This document shows positions 55,384 to 57,254 of a stretch of 57,254 nucleotides of DNA, piece by piece. How positions within the stretch are numbered: the stretch's first letter is position 1; the number at the start of each line of letters is the position of its first letter. Below the pieces are notes generated by a model. The model had not been told where the DNA came from. It saw only the letters and a list, made by a program, of their open reading frames with translations, and searched no databases. Origin of the DNA: Catajapyx aquilonaris. Its lineage: Eukaryota. The stretch spans positions 1 through 57,254 of the forward strand of contig JYFJ02002416.1 in the NCBI GenBank assembly GCA_000934665.2, given 5' to 3'. The position numbers and the translations under genes were made by a program.

Positions 55384-55707
55384 CGCAGGAGGACCCAGTT
55401 TTGGGGATATCCGAATATCTTGCCCCAGGCCGGACCCCGGGGCCGACCCCCCCAGAGGTTATTGTTATTGCTGCCGGCCGGGGGGGAGGGTGATTCAAAC
55501 TCGATGGGGGAACCTCTGAATTGGGGGGATAGAGAGGGGGGTGTATATGCCGGCTTTTTTTTTTTGTAAAATGAGGCCAAGGGGTGACGAGTCGATGTGG
55601 GAACCATCTGTGGGAGACTTGGGAGGTAGAAGTTAGAGAGAATGGGATGGATGGAGCCACCTTGCAGCCAATTGCAGTAAAATCGACTTTCCTTAGATAC
55701 TTGTTTA

Positions 55708-57045
55708 TTACATGATCTCGTCTGTTGCTTGGCATAAAAACACGTGGTTGTTGCGGCAATCATGATTGTTCCAAGATTTAACATTCCGGATAGATATCAT
55801 TAAGCAATCCTTGACGTCATCAGGATGCTGCAGTTGAGGATTCCAAAGGGATGAGTTCACATTCTGTCCAGATCCAGTCCATTTCCAGTCTCCTTCCTTG
55901 GCTGCATCACTCGCGCCGAACCATACGTTGTCATTGTTAGCGATATATTCGTAATCTGAAAGGTGGATTAAAAATTAGTACTGCGTTTGTGTCGCATGAG
56001 TATGCCTCATTGCTTCCGGCATAATAAAATGAAGCTCATGTGCTGGATGAGGTAACTAGCTGGCATTATGCACATTTTTAGTAAAATCTGCGATAAATAT
56101 GCAACTGTTAAATTTTTAGCTGTGCAAAGCATTTAATCCCTGCTGCACAGATGTTAGTGTTCTCAAACTGATTATTATTTGGATAACAGACTTGAGCACA
56201 TTCACACATTTTAGGAAGAAACTGGCGGTGGTATACTTACAGCCCTTCTGATAAAGGAACATTTGCATTTTGAACAAGTCGTGCTCAGAGTGCACTTCCG
56301 CCAAATGACCCCCAATAGATTTGCAGTATAGTTCAGCTGCAGGCCATGTACCTGATAAGTTTTCGCTGAAAAATAAGCACATAGATGACCACTCCTTGAA
56401 CGGATTAGGACAGGTGGTTTGGTCTCTTCGACTACATTGTCCTCCGTCGCTGTTTCTCTGAGACGGGTCTTTTTTCTTGCAAATGTAGTTCAGCTTGGAG
56501 GCGCAGTCTTCGTCGTTCCACTTGAAGTTGAACTGCTTAGCAAGCATCAAACAATGCTCGCTCCCGTTGTTATTGTTGGGCTGGCCCGTCTCCCAGGCTG
56601 TGTACAGGAACGTTTTTTGATCAGATTCCCAGAGCCATCGACCTTCGTTTATCAGATCTGATGCACCCAGCCAGAAGCTCTTGTCAACTGCAAGAAAAGT
56701 ATACATCCATAATATTATATCAGTCGTACCTGGATGCGTAATGCTTCTTTATACCGGTACAGTGCAACTGAATTACAAGACTTGCTACACTTACGTTTTC
56801 GTGCTTCTGTTACCAGGACGTCGTTAATTATTGAGCTCTCCACACTCGCCAGATATGAGTCGTGTTGACGGCAATTTGCAGATGCTTCCCACCACGACAC
56901 TGCCTGGTCACTGAAGTAGTAGCATCCTGTAGACAACTTCACAAATGGCGAGGCACAAGGATCGCCTCGGGTATTCCAAATGGCCAGAAAGAGCAGCGAG
57001 CAATAAGCATCTCGGGAATGATGGACCGTGCCCACCGAGAATCAT
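55708..57045 (-). CDS. Dual-CTLD C-type lectin (QPN/WND and HPD/WNN); 5' end shows a 1-nt frame discrepancy
   Basis: Exons ~57045-56795, 56687-56241 and 55955-55708. CTLD1: GCYYF, FWLGASD, WETGQPNN, EHC, WNDEDC. CTLD2: CLFF, VWFGASD, QHPDD, KDC, WNNHDC. The stop overlaps AATAAA. Confidence 0.85.
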
Positions 57046-57254
57046 CCTGCTGGTTAGGGGACTACTGGTTCAAGACTGCACATATATGTTCCAGCAGATT
57101 GTAATATCATCAGTAGTAGACCTATTTGAACATTGTATCACAATTTTGACCTTTACTCCTGGAAGGTCAGCAGCATTCTCGAACTGTGTGCTGACTAATT
57201 TCCTGGTGGCGAAGTTCAAAGTCAAAAGTTCAGCCACAACAAAATAACTATTGC

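Noticed and set aside
55316..55784. Pro-rich ORFs bridging the dual-CTLD lectin and the SH3 gene (possible lectin-SH3 fusion)
   Set aside because: The lectin has its own stop and AATAAA at ~55704-55710. The ORFs are out of frame and reflect C-rich promoter sequence.

Overview
This is eukaryotic genomic DNA from an invertebrate, probably an arthropod, with short GT-AG introns. No prokaryotic features were seen. Left to right: (1) about 0.26-13.4 kb is a roughly three-fold tandem repeat of a four-gene C-type lectin cassette (types A-B-C-D, minus strand), holding five intact genes, several pseudogenes and MITEs. (2) A C1orf87-like EF-hand gene (+). (3) A further single-CTLD lectin (+). (4) NUP160 (-, 22 exons), head-to-head with SLC35E3 (+, 6 exons); SLC35E3 has a U12-type intron, and its introns carry a mariner MITE and a pogo/Tigger relic. 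(5) A FAM107/DUF1151 gene (-). The apparently empty 25 kb upstream of it appears to be its own 5' intronic territory. Two SH3 exons at 53-55 kb and a 67-nt exon at 38 kb splice in frame onto the FAM107 core, giving a predicted 336-aa SH3-FAM107 protein, and several short ATG-bearing phase-1 first exons could supply other N-termini. (6) A dual-CTLD lectin (-) at the right end. All gene models were built by eye from splice signals and reading-frame phase, and homology calls come from remembered family motifs, not database searches.
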